Of a stretch of 64,000 nt of DNA, positions 8,719 to 18,901 are shown in pieces. This DNA is from Candidatus Calditenuaceae archaeon HR02 (lineage in GTDB: Archaea > Thermoproteota > Nitrososphaeria_A > Caldarchaeales > Calditenuaceae). The position numbers and the translations under genes were made by a program. The notes beneath the pieces were generated by a model that saw only the letters and a program-made list of their open reading frames with translations, ran no database searches and had not been told where the DNA came from. Where the stretch lies: positions 1 through 64,000 of the forward strand of contig BEHE01000010.1 in NCBI GenBank assembly GCA_002898395.1. The letters are read 5' to 3'. Position 1 is the stretch's first letter. Each line of letters begins with the position of its first letter.

Positions 8719-9921
8719 GTGTTTTCTACTGCAAGATTGGATGTTGAGGTTGGGCAGATTAAAAGGCTGTATGCGAGGTCCGTATTATCCTCTCTTTCAA
8801 GCGGAGCCTCGCAGCCCTTCATAGCAGTTTATGCGGCGGTTCTTGGTGCCTCCTCCTCTCAGGTTGGCTTCCTCCACGCAGTAAACAACTTGGCGGCAAA
8901 TGCCCTCCAACCAGTTTGGGGCTTCTTAAGCGATAAGAAAGGGTCTAGGGTGAAGCCCATCTTCTACAGCACGTTAATCTCCTCTCTCCTATGGGTGCCC
9001 ATAATACTGGTTGGAGAACCGGCTGTCTATATCGCATTGGTTGGGGTACAGTTTATTGTGGCCTCGGTGTCTGCTCCCTTATACACCGCCCTGATAGGCG
9101 AGATTGTTCCGCTCGCTGTGCGTTCGATGGTTACCGCCACTATAAATTTCTGGGGACAGGTTGGCTCAATTATCTCAACCCTAGCGGTTGGCATTGTATC
9201 ACTTGTGGGGCTGCCTGGCTACCAGCTCGGCTTCTCTGTCGCGGCTGTCGCAGGCATACTTTCCGCTCTTACATTCCTGAAGATGAGGGAGCCCCCGAAA
9301 CATAAGATGATGGGCGGCGAGCTGACAATCACCTATGTCGCCCAGCACATTATCAATTCCCGCCACTTCCTGAAGTTCACAATCATCTCCAACATCTATG
9401 GATTCTACATGTCTATTGCTTGGCCCTGCTTCACCCTAACCATGACAAGGATTGCAAATCTCAGCTTCTTCGAGATAGCGCTCCTCTCCATCGTCTCTGG
9501 GGTGGTTGGCCTCGTATTCTCAAGCGTTGGCCGAGGGGTCTTCGAGAGCCTAGGGGATGTACGTTCGCTGGCATACTGTAGGGCGGCACTGGCCTTGCTG
9601 GCCACTGTCTATGCCTTCCTCCCAACCTTCTGGGCCTTCGCCCTAGCCAACATAGTGGCCGGCGCGGCCAACGTGGGAATCAGCATCTCTCTTCTACTAT
9701 ATATCACGCGGATAACAAGTGTGGAGGATAGGGGGACCTTTACCGCGGTCTACAACCTACTCCAGGGGGTCTCCTTCTTCTTCGGCTCCCTCGTCGGTGG
9801 CCAGCTGGTGCAACAGCTTGAGCAGAACCTAGGGCTGGAGAATGCCCTCAGAATAGTCTTAACGATCTCGGCGATCGGGAGACTGGTATTTGGATTACTG
9901 CATACGCAGTTGCCAAAATAG
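8719..9921 (+). CDS. MFS transporter
   Basis: WGFLSDKKGSR motif A; about 12 TM segments. Confidence 0.92.
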   Translation: MFSTARLDVEVGQIKRLYARSVLSSLSSGASQPFIAVYAAVLGASSSQVGFLHAVNNLAANALQPVWGFLSDKKGSRVKPIFYSTLISSLLWVPIILVGEPAVYIALVGVQFIVASVSAPLYTALIGEIVPLAVRSMVTATINFWGQVGSIISTLAVGIVSLVGLPGYQLGFSVAAVAGILSALTFLKMREPPKHKMMGGELTITYVAQHIINSRHFLKFTIISNIYGFYMSIAWPCFTLTMTRIANLSFFEIALLSIVSGVVGLVFSSVGRGVFESLGDVRSLAYCRAALALLATVYAFLPTFWAFALANIVAGAANVGISISLLLYITRITSVEDRGTFTAVYNLLQGVSFFFGSLVGGQLVQQLEQNLGLENALRIVLTISAIGRLVFGLLHTQLPK

Positions 9922-9970
9922 GGGAGTAGTGTGACCGAGCATTTAAATGGCCGTACCGTGATTTAGACTG

Positions 9971-10459
9971 GTGGTGGAAAGGGCAGTTTTAGCGAGTGTT
10001 GACGGCTCACCTATAAGCAGAAAGGTTGCGCGAGTTGCTCTAAGGCTTGCGGAGAGGCTGGGGCTTCAGCTGGTACTCCTTCACGTCGTTAGCGAACACC
10101 TTATGGCTGGTATCCAAGCTGTTGGCAGGCCTAGCCCCGGAGAATCTGGCGCTGAACCAATCCTAGCGCTTAAAGATGAGACGCTGAACGAGGAGTTAAG
10201 GGTTGTCCACAGCATCGTCTCAGAGTTGATGGAGAGCGGTGTGAAGGTGAAATTGTTGAGCCTGACGGGCGACCCCTCCTGCATCATATTGGAGCAGGCC
10301 GAGAAGCTAGCCGCGGCCATAGTGATGGGCTATAAGGGTGGAGGGTTCCTTGACCCTAGCGGCGGCAGGGTCCTCAAAAAAGTCATAGAGAAGGCGACAG
10401 TCCCGGTGATCGTCATAACACCCAACCTCAACCCAGACATAATCGATGCACTATTCTAA
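9971..10459 (+). CDS. Universal stress protein
   Basis: SVDGSPIS, LLHVV, GDPS..I, IVMGYKG and PVIVI motifs. Confidence 0.9.
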   Translation: MVERAVLASVDGSPISRKVARVALRLAERLGLQLVLLHVVSEHLMAGIQAVGRPSPGESGAEPILALKDETLNEELRVVHSIVSELMESGVKVKLLSLTGDPSCIILEQAEKLAAAIVMGYKGGGFLDPSGGRVLKKVIEKATVPVIVITPNLNPDIIDALF

Positions 10460-10621
10460 TCTATGAGCACTCTCCTTTGAAAAAAGAGTGCCAATTTTCC
10501 TATATGTCTAGACGCTCTGTCTCCAAATGTGTCTTCATGCAATCCCAGTTCAGAGAACAATCCTAAAAAGCACTGGGCAGGTTCAAAATTGTATATTAGA
10601 AATATATTTAAATAATGATTT

Positions 10622-11198
10622 ATGCCTTACCTTACTATTTGCGGAATGTCCATAGTAGAGGCTATGTTCGATATTGGGATCGCTATAATCCAGCTGATAT
10701 TCGGGGTAGCCCTAGCTCTCTTCAGCATAACAATTGCGATAAACATTCTCAACCGCGTCACCAAGGACATAAACGAGTTTGAGGAGCTGAGGAAGAAGAA
10801 TCTCGCTGTCGGCATCTACTTGGCAGGAATCTTGGTGGCCGTGGGGAATGTTGTTGGCCAGGCAGTCTCGGGCGTGAGTAAGGCTGTGGTGCCGGGGGCT
10901 TTCAACCTAGCAGCCCTCTTAGGCGGTCTAATACAGCTGTTCATAGGACTGCCTCTAGCAATTGTCGCTGTCACGTGGGCCCAGTCGAGGGTATATAGCT
11001 GGATGATTAAGGCCGCTGCAAAGCTGCCGGGAGTACAGGTAGAGAAATTCAGCATACAGGACGAGCTTAAGAATGGAAACTTAGCCGTAGCTGTAGGTCC
11101 TTTTCGGCACATTCGTAGCCATATCACTCGTCATCAGCCAGGGAGTCGCGTTCATCGCCGAGCCAATATCATCCGCTATAAGAACTTTAATAGGCTAG
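10622..11198 (+). pseudogene. DUF350-family membrane protein with a frameshift near 11097
   Basis: Two DUF350 repeats (EELRKKNLAVG; DELKNGNLAVAV). The hydrophobic continuation VLFGTFVAISLVISQGV...LIG* is in a different frame and ends at 11198. Confidence 0.75.
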
Positions 11199-11335
11199 AG
11201 CAAACACACAACCAACAAATCCCTATTTTTATTTATTTTTCTAGTAATAGGCGTGTAGTGGCGCCAGCTATTTTAAGTTAGGACTCTCCAGAGTTATGGA
11301 CCCACAAAGTTGCTGTGCGTTATATGCGGTAACGC

Positions 11336-14095
11336 TTAGTGTGAACAACATTGACTAGCCTCTCCCGCCGACCTGCCCGGGACTATCTCGAAATGATAAT
11401 ACCCGGAGCCAACCTCAAGAATTATGTAGCCTCCTTCCAGCTCTGCAGACTTGATACCCTCAACTGCGGGGACATAGCTTCCATCCCGCCACACGAGAAT
11501 TCCACTCTCATAAACCACAGGATTTGGGGTATCTTTCACGGGAAGCCAGATTACCCCTGTACTATTGGTGGGTATTGAGACCTCAACGTAGAGCTTTCCA
11601 CCACTCCTTTGCCAGGAGGAGTAGATGAGGCCCCTAATGGTGTATATTGAGGCTGAAGCGTGGTTTAGACCGTTTGGCATGTGTGGTTTTATTACTATCT
11701 TTTTGAATCCGGGCTCCTCAGCGGTGGCTTTGATACCGGCTAAAACTTTGTAGAACCATGAGTCAACGCTCCCAAACATTGCGTGGTTGTGGGAGTTCAT
11801 GCCTCCGCCAGTTAGCAGCTCCCACCTCTCCCAGAGGGTTGTGGCGCCCTCCCGGATCATGTAGCCCCAGCTCGGATAGCTCGTCTGGCTAACTACCCTG
11901 TAGGCCGTGTCTGTGTGCCCGTATTTTGATAACGTCTCGAGGAGATATCGCGTGCCTATGATCCCCGTGGCGAGGTGGTGGTCCCTACGCTGAGTTATAT
12001 CCTCAAGTAGGTTCTCGAGTATACGGCCGACCTCGCCCTCAGGAACCATGTTGAGGGCTAGTGGGAGTATGTTTGATGTCTGGCTGCTAAGCGGCGCAGT
12101 CTGGTTTGAAGGTCTTACAACCCCGTAGCGTCCATCTTTCAGAAACTCGCGATTGAATGCATCCCTTATCCTCTCGGCCAGTGAGGAATATCTCTCCCAG
12201 TCACTAATCCTGGCTAAAACCCTCGCAGCCTCAGCAAGTATCTTAACGGAGTAGTAGTAGAACCAGGTGGAGACAAGTTCTCCCGGCGTCTCGGGCGAGG
12301 TTATGAAACCAGGCCTGCACCAGTCGCCATACTTGCTCAGTCTAACTATGTTGTTTTCAGCCTTAGAGGATAGAAACTCTACCCACCGCCTCATCATCTC
12401 GTAGTTCTCCTCAAGCGCTCGGCGGTCTCCGTAGTATAGGTAGAGGAGCCATGGGATTATGGTACAGGCCGAGCCCCAGGCAGGGTCTGCAGGGTAGGTT
12501 AGCCAGTAGGGAGGCACGACGTCTGGGACGCTGCCATCCTCCGCCTGTGCCAGTCTCATATCGCGTAGCCACTTGTTGTAGAAGGCCGCCATGTCGAAGT
12601 TGAATATCGCAGCCTCTGCTACTAGTTGCGCGTCGCCCATCCAGCCCAGTCTCTCGTCTCGCTGAGGACAGTCTGTCGGCACACCCATTAGATTGCTCAT
12701 TATCGACCAGACTATGATGCGGTGGATATCGTTGAGGAGCTGGTTTGAGCAGGAGAATCCTCCCACAAGCTCAACATCCGTGTGGACCTCGACCCCTGTG
12801 AGAGTGTCTATGTGTGGAGTTCCAGGATATCCTGTAAGCTCGACGTATCTAAACCCATGGTATGTGAAGTGTGGCTCATACTCCTCCACACCATCTCCCT
12901 TGAGTATGTAGACGTCTGTAGACTTGGCGGCCCTATTCGGCGCGGTATTCAACTCCCCATCCTCACTCAATAGCTCGGCATACCTCAGCCTAACCTCTCT
13001 CCCCCTCTCGCCGTCGACCCTCAGCCTAACCCAGCCTGAAAAATTCTGGCCAAAATCGAAGACGTATACGCCAGGCCTAGGGCTTAGGATCTTCCTCGAA
13101 GGGAGTAGCCTTACCCTCCTGATGGGCGGCGACGTCGTTGATGAGCGCAGCGTCTCGCATGGTTGCACTGTGACGTTGGCCTTCTTCCAGCCCGAGTCGT
13201 CGAATCCAGGCCTGTCGAACCCGGCCGCTTCAAGCCTAGCGTCATAGACCTCGCCATCATATATGTCGTCGAATACAATGGGCCCATCGGATACCCTCCA
13301 CTCCTCGTCGGTAACTATCACGACCTCTCGTCCATCTTCAAGCCATACCCATATCTCCGCCAGCAGTTTGGGCTCGGCGTCCTCATACCTCTTCACCTGT
13401 ATACCCTTAATCTTCCACTCATGCCTAGGCGAGTACCTGCCGTTTCCGAGCATAACTGCGACGGCGTTCTTTCCCCTCTTAATATAATCTGTGACATCAT
13501 ATACTGTGTAGAGCGCCAGCTTCTCGTAGTCGGTCCATGGAGGGTCTAAGACTCTGTCCCCAATCCTCTCCCCGTTGATCCTGAGCTCATAGTATCCGAG
13601 GCCGCAGATGTATGCGCGGGCGCGCCCGACATCGCCGTCTATCATAAACTCTCTTCTGAGTAGGCGGCCGCCGCTAATCCACTTGGCTCTCCACTCCCCT
13701 TGGCTAAGTATTCCCGTCTCGAAGAATGCTATCTCGCTGAATGGGCTCTCACGACCAGCATCGTCCCACCATTTCAGTCTCCAATAATATCTGCGCCTAC
13801 TCTCCAGCCCTCCGCCACCGTATTCCACGTTTGTCGACTGGTCTGATGCTACCTTGCCGCTGTCCCAGACATCTCCGATAAACCTCTCCGCCGCCTTGAG
13901 GCTGCTGGAGACTATAATGCGGTAGGCTGATTGGAGTCTACCACGTTCATGATGTCTGAGCATCCAGGAGAACCTTGGGAGACGAACGTCTAGGCCGAGC
14001 GGGTTCCTCAAATATTCGCATCGAAGGTTGAAGGGTGGAGGTGGGGCCGAATCGGTGTGCACAAGTATTGCCAGTCCTCCTCGCTTAAATATCAA
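11336..14095 (-). CDS. Alpha-L-rhamnosidase, glycoside hydrolase family 78
   Basis: DFGQNFSG, FTYHGFRY, PTDCPQRDERLGWMGD and GATTLWERW..NSHNH motifs. Confidence 0.96.
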   Translation of the reverse strand: MIFKRGGLAILVHTDSAPPPPFNLRCEYLRNPLGLDVRLPRFSWMLRHHERGRLQSAYRIIVSSSLKAAERFIGDVWDSGKVASDQSTNVEYGGGGLESRRRYYWRLKWWDDAGRESPFSEIAFFETGILSQGEWRAKWISGGRLLRREFMIDGDVGRARAYICGLGYYELRINGERIGDRVLDPPWTDYEKLALYTVYDVTDYIKRGKNAVAVMLGNGRYSPRHEWKIKGIQVKRYEDAEPKLLAEIWVWLEDGREVVIVTDEEWRVSDGPIVFDDIYDGEVYDARLEAAGFDRPGFDDSGWKKANVTVQPCETLRSSTTSPPIRRVRLLPSRKILSPRPGVYVFDFGQNFSGWVRLRVDGERGREVRLRYAELLSEDGELNTAPNRAAKSTDVYILKGDGVEEYEPHFTYHGFRYVELTGYPGTPHIDTLTGVEVHTDVELVGGFSCSNQLLNDIHRIIVWSIMSNLMGVPTDCPQRDERLGWMGDAQLVAEAAIFNFDMAAFYNKWLRDMRLAQAEDGSVPDVVPPYWLTYPADPAWGSACTIIPWLLYLYYGDRRALEENYEMMRRWVEFLSSKAENNIVRLSKYGDWCRPGFITSPETPGELVSTWFYYYSVKILAEAARVLARISDWERYSSLAERIRDAFNREFLKDGRYGVVRPSNQTAPLSSQTSNILPLALNMVPEGEVGRILENLLEDITQRRDHHLATGIIGTRYLLETLSKYGHTDTAYRVVSQTSYPSWGYMIREGATTLWERWELLTGGGMNSHNHAMFGSVDSWFYKVLAGIKATAEEPGFKKIVIKPHMPNGLNHASASIYTIRGLIYSSWQRSGGKLYVEVSIPTNSTGVIWLPVKDTPNPVVYESGILVWRDGSYVPAVEGIKSAELEGGYIILEVGSGYYHFEIVPGRSAGEASQCCSH

Positions 14096-15460
14096 GCCTC
14101 GAAGATTTGCGGTGTAGGATTGAAGGACTGTGTGATTGGTCCAGAGGCTTGGGAACTACTCGAGTATGAGCTGATCCAGCTCGTGGAGGAGGGCAGAGAG
14201 CTGGAAGGCATCCGGAGAGAGGAGATTTTTAGAAGGGTGGCGGAAGGAGGTCTCAAAGCAGCTGAGGCTGTCTTCAGAGAGTTGAGGTCGGCGCCTATGA
14301 GGAGGGATTATCCATACGAGGAGCCCACATCGCTAAGCGAGATAGAGTCGCGCTCTAGGGGTTGGAGGAGGGCTGAGCCTCCGCCTCCAGCAGTCGTTAG
14401 AGACAAGGTTTTAGGAGGTTTCCTCGGGAGGTGTGCTGGAAACATGCTCGGCAAGCCCGTAGAGTCGATAGGAATCTCGCAGGGGTGGAGAGGTGTCTCG
14501 CAGAGGCTGTCGAGGCTAGGCATAAAGAGGCTGGAGGGATACTTTCCAGCAGCCTTCTTTACAGAAGAGGAGCTGCAAAACACCAGCATCCGTAAAGCTA
14601 CAGCCGGCAACATAGACAGGGTTCTCAGGGACGACGACATAGACTATACACTCCTCAATCTACGGTTAGTTGAGAAGAGGGGCATAGACTTCAGCAGCAT
14701 GGATGTGGGGCGGGAGTGGTTGGAAAACCTACCATACGCTGGGGTCTACACCGCAGAGAGAGTAGCATACAGGAATCTTGTCAACTGTCTAACACCGCCA
14801 GACACAGCCCTCCACATGAACCCCTACAGGGAATGGATAGGTGCACAGATCAGGGCTGACTTCTGGGGCTACATCTGCCCCGGCGTTCCTTCACGGGCCG
14901 CTGAGCTGGCCCATAGGGACGCCACGTTGAGCCACGTTAAGAATGGGGTCTATGGGGAGATGATGGTTGCGGCGATGATTGCGTGGGCTTTTGTCGAGGA
15001 CGATGTGGAGAAGGTCATCGATGCCGGGCTATCCGTCATCCCTGAGAGGTGTAGGCTTAGAGAGGCTGTGGAGATCGTGGTTAATGCTTGGAAGAGGGGT
15101 ACTGACTGGGATGAGGCAGTAGGCCTAATCGAGAATAGGCTACACCAATACCACCCAGTCCACACAATACCTAACGCGGCCATAGTCGCTGCATCACTCC
15201 TCTGGGGAGAGGGAGACTATACGAAATCGATAACGCTAGCCGTGTCCTGTGGCCTTGACACAGACTGCAACGGAGCAACCGTGGGCTCAATCATAGGGGT
15301 CATGAAAGGGTATGATGGGCTTGGAGACCACGCCAAGAGGACTTGGCTCGAACCCCTGAACGACAGGCTTGAGAGCTATATTCCTGGTCTCCAGCGGCTG
15401 AAGATGACAGAGGCCGCTGAGCGGATATTCTTAGCGGCACTAAAAGCAAGCCAAGCATGA
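14057..15460 (+). CDS. ADP-ribosylglycohydrolase-family protein
   Basis: DDDIDYT, NPYREWIGAQIRAD, SH..NGVYG and DTDCNGATVG motifs. The start is probably downstream of the ORF start. Confidence 0.9.
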   Translation: MHKYCQSSSLKYQASKICGVGLKDCVIGPEAWELLEYELIQLVEEGRELEGIRREEIFRRVAEGGLKAAEAVFRELRSAPMRRDYPYEEPTSLSEIESRSRGWRRAEPPPPAVVRDKVLGGFLGRCAGNMLGKPVESIGISQGWRGVSQRLSRLGIKRLEGYFPAAFFTEEELQNTSIRKATAGNIDRVLRDDDIDYTLLNLRLVEKRGIDFSSMDVGREWLENLPYAGVYTAERVAYRNLVNCLTPPDTALHMNPYREWIGAQIRADFWGYICPGVPSRAAELAHRDATLSHVKNGVYGEMMVAAMIAWAFVEDDVEKVIDAGLSVIPERCRLREAVEIVVNAWKRGTDWDEAVGLIENRLHQYHPVHTIPNAAIVAASLLWGEGDYTKSITLAVSCGLDTDCNGATVGSIIGVMKGYDGLGDHAKRTWLEPLNDRLESYIPGLQRLKMTEAAERIFLAALKASQA

Positions 15461-15466
15461 CCAACC

Positions 15467-16324
15467 ATGTTTAAATCGCTGCCCAAAGCATTTGATGTCA
15501 CTCCCACTTGGAGAAGGGTTGCCATCTACTCAGCCCTCTCCACACTACTGGCAGCCCTAGTGGATATAATCGTCTACCTAATGGGCGGGTTGACGGGCGT
15601 CCCCGTAACTCTAGGCTGGGGGGCCATCAGAATGTATACGCCCACGGCCTCGGCCCTCTTAGTAGCTGGGCATAGAGAAGTTAAGGGTTATCTCCGTCTG
15701 GGCAGGAAGGTATTAGTATTCTACCTTACTTCCCCACTGATAGCTTATTTGGCTATCCTCCTCTACCTCCTTATAATAGCCCCGATAGGTCTACTAACAC
15801 TTGAGCACCTCCAGGTTGAATTGCCGATTACCCTTGTCCCTGAGGTTCTGATTGTGTTGATGCTTCTCAGCGCCTACTTCCCAGCCATAACGATAAACAC
15901 GCTCTTCGCGCTGGGGGAGGAGATAGGGTGGAGGGGGTTCCTCCAAATTGAGCTGGAGGCGCTGGGCCTCAGCCTCGCAAAGGCGGCACTCCTCGTGGGA
16001 CTAGTGTGGGGTGTCTGGCACGCACCAGCAATCCTTCTCTTAGGCTACAACTATCCGGATAATCCTGTGCTGGGCGCCCTCCTGTTTACAGCCTTCACTG
16101 TTACGCTATCGCTTCCTCATGCTATAATCAGGCATCTTTCATTAAGCGTCATACCTGCTGCATCTCTTCACGGGACCGTAAATGCAATCTGGGGCCTAAC
16201 AGTAGTGGCAACCCGTCTCCCACGCGAGTTAGGTGGTCTCGGCCCTCTAGGCATTGCCGTGTGGGTAATAATATCGCTGATACTCCACCTCGCCCTCCGC
16301 CGGCAGAGGCGCGCTACCTCTTAG
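15467..16324 (+). CDS. CPBP (CAAX) intramembrane metalloprotease
   Basis: GEEIGWRG, WGVWHAP and LHGTVN motifs. Confidence 0.92.
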   Translation: MFKSLPKAFDVTPTWRRVAIYSALSTLLAALVDIIVYLMGGLTGVPVTLGWGAIRMYTPTASALLVAGHREVKGYLRLGRKVLVFYLTSPLIAYLAILLYLLIIAPIGLLTLEHLQVELPITLVPEVLIVLMLLSAYFPAITINTLFALGEEIGWRGFLQIELEALGLSLAKAALLVGLVWGVWHAPAILLLGYNYPDNPVLGALLFTAFTVTLSLPHAIIRHLSLSVIPAASLHGTVNAIWGLTVVATRLPRELGGLGPLGIAVWVIISLILHLALRRQRRATS

Positions 16325-16577
16325 ACTGCTCCTGCCTAAGCCCACAGTACGTACACTCTTCGGCCTCAGCTGGAATCTCTCTAAGACAATACCAGCAGAA
16401 CTTCATCCCAGGATTCTCAGGCACTACCTCCTCTCTCTTCTCGGTGAAGAATCCTGCAGCAATCATCAATACCCCCGCCGCTGCAAGTATCCAGAAGGCC
16501 TGAAGACCCACAACGAAGAGAACCAGACCCGTGAGGAAGACGATGAGCCCGGAAAAAATCATCGGCGGATTCAACAA
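16314..16577 (-). CDS. Small membrane protein with C-terminal zinc ribbon
   Basis: Two TM segments followed by CWYC...CTYCG. Confidence 0.8.
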   Translation of the reverse strand: MLNPPMIFSGLIVFLTGLVLFVVGLQAFWILAAAGVLMIAAGFFTEKREEVVPENPGMKFCWYCLREIPAEAEECTYCGLRQEQSKR

Positions 16578-16679
16578 AGAATAGAATCATAGACCCAGCT
16601 TTAAAACTTCGCCAAAAAACGCTGAGACGGGCCATACCTCATCTGCTGTGCGGGCGAATTCAGCAAATTAATTGGCCCG

Positions 16680-17087
16680 CTACGCGGCTGTAAACCATTT
16701 AATATCCAGTATGCTCCCGCTCCTTTGTTCTCTAAAAACCGGCCTAACCCTCATACCTGTCTGTGGGTTTATGGACGGGTCGAGAATGTGCAGTAATCCC
16801 CCATCAACGCCGTCGAATTTTACGAAGACCCATGTAACTGGTGGGTTAACTGGCTCCCCCTCTATGTTGATGAAGGAGCGTGTATAGGTGACTATCAGCC
16901 CCTTTTCTTCGATTGTTTGGTACTCTTTAATAGGCCTGTAGCATTTCAGGCAATAGGCTCTGGGCGGTATTATCATGTGATTGCATGTACCGCATTTGCT
17001 TGCAATCAGCCTGCCAAGCCTTAACCCTTCCAGGAATCTCGAGAGGGCTACACCTGCAGGATATTCGTAAAAACTCTCTATACTCAT
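16680..17087 (-). CDS. Zn-ribbon/OB-fold (DUF35) thiolase partner
   Basis: CGTC..IPPR.YCLKC followed by an OB fold ending GMRVRPVF. Confidence 0.92.
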   Translation of the reverse strand: MSIESFYEYPAGVALSRFLEGLRLGRLIASKCGTCNHMIIPPRAYCLKCYRPIKEYQTIEEKGLIVTYTRSFINIEGEPVNPPVTWVFVKFDGVDGGLLHILDPSINPQTGMRVRPVFREQRSGSILDIKWFTAA

Positions 17088-17755
17088 AACGCATCATCCT
17101 CAAACGGTGCGAAATATCCTATATCTAATATGCTGCCAACCCTTTCCTCTGGCTTTCTCCAAACAGGCTTTACACGCATTCCGACATGAACTTTTTCCGG
17201 GTCAACTCCCTGAACCTTATGTAATAGGCCTGCGGCATATAGAACTGTTCTGGACGAATTCACCTTTTTAACAGTTCCGTCGAACCAAACCACAGCAATA
17301 ATTAGGGGCCTCTCAAACCTGACCTTAGGATCTGTTCCAATATATGATAACGAGTAGGTCGATATGATACCAGTCCCCGGGTGCTCGATCCATTTGTCTA
17401 CGTCTCTAAAACACCACTCACAGAAGGTGCGTGGAGGTATCAACACGCGTCCACAGCTTTCGCACCCTGTTCCAAGTATCTTACCGTTTTTTAGACCCTC
17501 GAGAAAACGGGAGAAAGCCATCCCTGCCGAGTGTCTATACATGCATGCAATATGCCAGTAGCTTAGGACAAGATTATCGACCTGCCACCCCTCCATCTCC
17601 GTGTGTCTCTTCTCTATTGATGAAGCCCAGCTGTCTAATCTCCCAAACTCTTTATCGAGTCCGTGCCTCTGTATGTACTTGACCAAGTCTTCTGGTAGTT
17701 GTTTTAAGTAGTTTGGCGAGAACCTTGAGGGTGTAACTCTTGTCATGACCTGCAC
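17084..17755 (-). CDS. Zn-ribbon/OB-fold (DUF35) protein
   Basis: CESCGRVLIPPRTFCEWC and GMRVKPVW motifs. Confidence 0.92.
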   Translation of the reverse strand: MQVMTRVTPSRFSPNYLKQLPEDLVKYIQRHGLDKEFGRLDSWASSIEKRHTEMEGWQVDNLVLSYWHIACMYRHSAGMAFSRFLEGLKNGKILGTGCESCGRVLIPPRTFCEWCFRDVDKWIEHPGTGIISTYSLSYIGTDPKVRFERPLIIAVVWFDGTVKKVNSSRTVLYAAGLLHKVQGVDPEKVHVGMRVKPVWRKPEERVGSILDIGYFAPFEDDAL

Positions 17756-18897
17756 ACCACTACTTGAGCGACCTGCATCAAGTCACCCCAAGCCTGCGCA
17801 ACACCGACACACGCATTCGGAACCTGTCTCTTCCCCGCCCTCCCCGATAGCTGCCAGTAAAGCTCAGCAACCTTCATCAGCCCTGCAGCCGCTATCGGGT
17901 TTCCAACACCTAAGAGGCCGCCTGAAGGGCATGTGGGATAATCTCCATCCCTTTCCAACTGCCCCTCTGCTAAAAGCTTGGGTGCGAGACCAGGCTTCCC
18001 CAGCAGAGCGTCTAGGTGGTGGAGCTCTTTGTAGGTGAATGGGTCATAGGGCTCAAATACATCGATCTCTTTGAGCGGATTGGCTATCCCGGCCATCTTG
18101 TAGGCTTGCTGCGCCGCCAAATAAACGTAGTAGGGGTATGCGAGGTCGCGGTTGGTCCAGAACTGGCTGTCCAGACATGCACCCACGCCGTCAATCCAAA
18201 CAGGCGTGTCGGTTATCTTCTTGGCCTCCTCTTCCGAGGCGAAGACAAGGGCTACGGCTCCGTCTGACGATGGGCTGATGTCAAGCCTGTGCACGGGCCA
18301 AACCAGTACAGGCGACTTAAGGACGTCTTCAACGGTTATTTTTGCTCCCAGCTGGGCGTATGGATGGTCTAGGGCGTTACCCTTATTCTTGACCGCGACT
18401 CGGGCTATCAGCTCCTTAGACAGTTTATGAGCCTCCATGTAGCGGCGCATCTCTAATGCGAATATCCATATCAGGTTTGGGCCGAGAGGCTGCTCTATAA
18501 TGGGGTCGAAGATTGTCTTGAAGAGGGGCTGGGCATGTGGGTATGGGTGACTCATCTTCTCCCATGCCACGACCAAAACTTTCTTGAAGGCTCCTGACGC
18601 GACATGCCACCAGCCTGCAACAGCCACACCCACTCCCGTCCCGCCGCCCACATAGATTCTAGAATAGGGTTTTCCAACCCCGTCAGAGGGCTCAACCCCA
18701 ACGAGTCCCTTATGATGGTATCCGTCGAATGCGTCGGGTGCCGACCCAGACACTACTGCGTCAATATCTTTGAACTCGAGCCCACAGTCATCCAGGCTCT
18801 TTCTAGCGGCCTCGTATATCATTTCTTGAGGGGTCATCGGTAGCATGGAGCGGAAATATGTCATCCCCGCGCCAACGATAGCTACTTTTTTCCCCAA
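17743..18897 (-). CDS. Thiolase-domain protein (archaeal acetyl-CoA acetyltransferase-like)
   Basis: VKNKGNA, SDGAVA, EPYDPFTYKEL and PSGGLLGVGNPIAAAG motifs. Confidence 0.92.
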   Translation of the reverse strand: MGKKVAIVGAGMTYFRSMLPMTPQEMIYEAARKSLDDCGLEFKDIDAVVSGSAPDAFDGYHHKGLVGVEPSDGVGKPYSRIYVGGGTGVGVAVAGWWHVASGAFKKVLVVAWEKMSHPYPHAQPLFKTIFDPIIEQPLGPNLIWIFALEMRRYMEAHKLSKELIARVAVKNKGNALDHPYAQLGAKITVEDVLKSPVLVWPVHRLDISPSSDGAVALVFASEEEAKKITDTPVWIDGVGACLDSQFWTNRDLAYPYYVYLAAQQAYKMAGIANPLKEIDVFEPYDPFTYKELHHLDALLGKPGLAPKLLAEGQLERDGDYPTCPSGGLLGVGNPIAAAGLMKVAELYWQLSGRAGKRQVPNACVGVAQAWGDLMQVAQVVVCRS

Positions 18898-18901
18898 CTC
18901 A

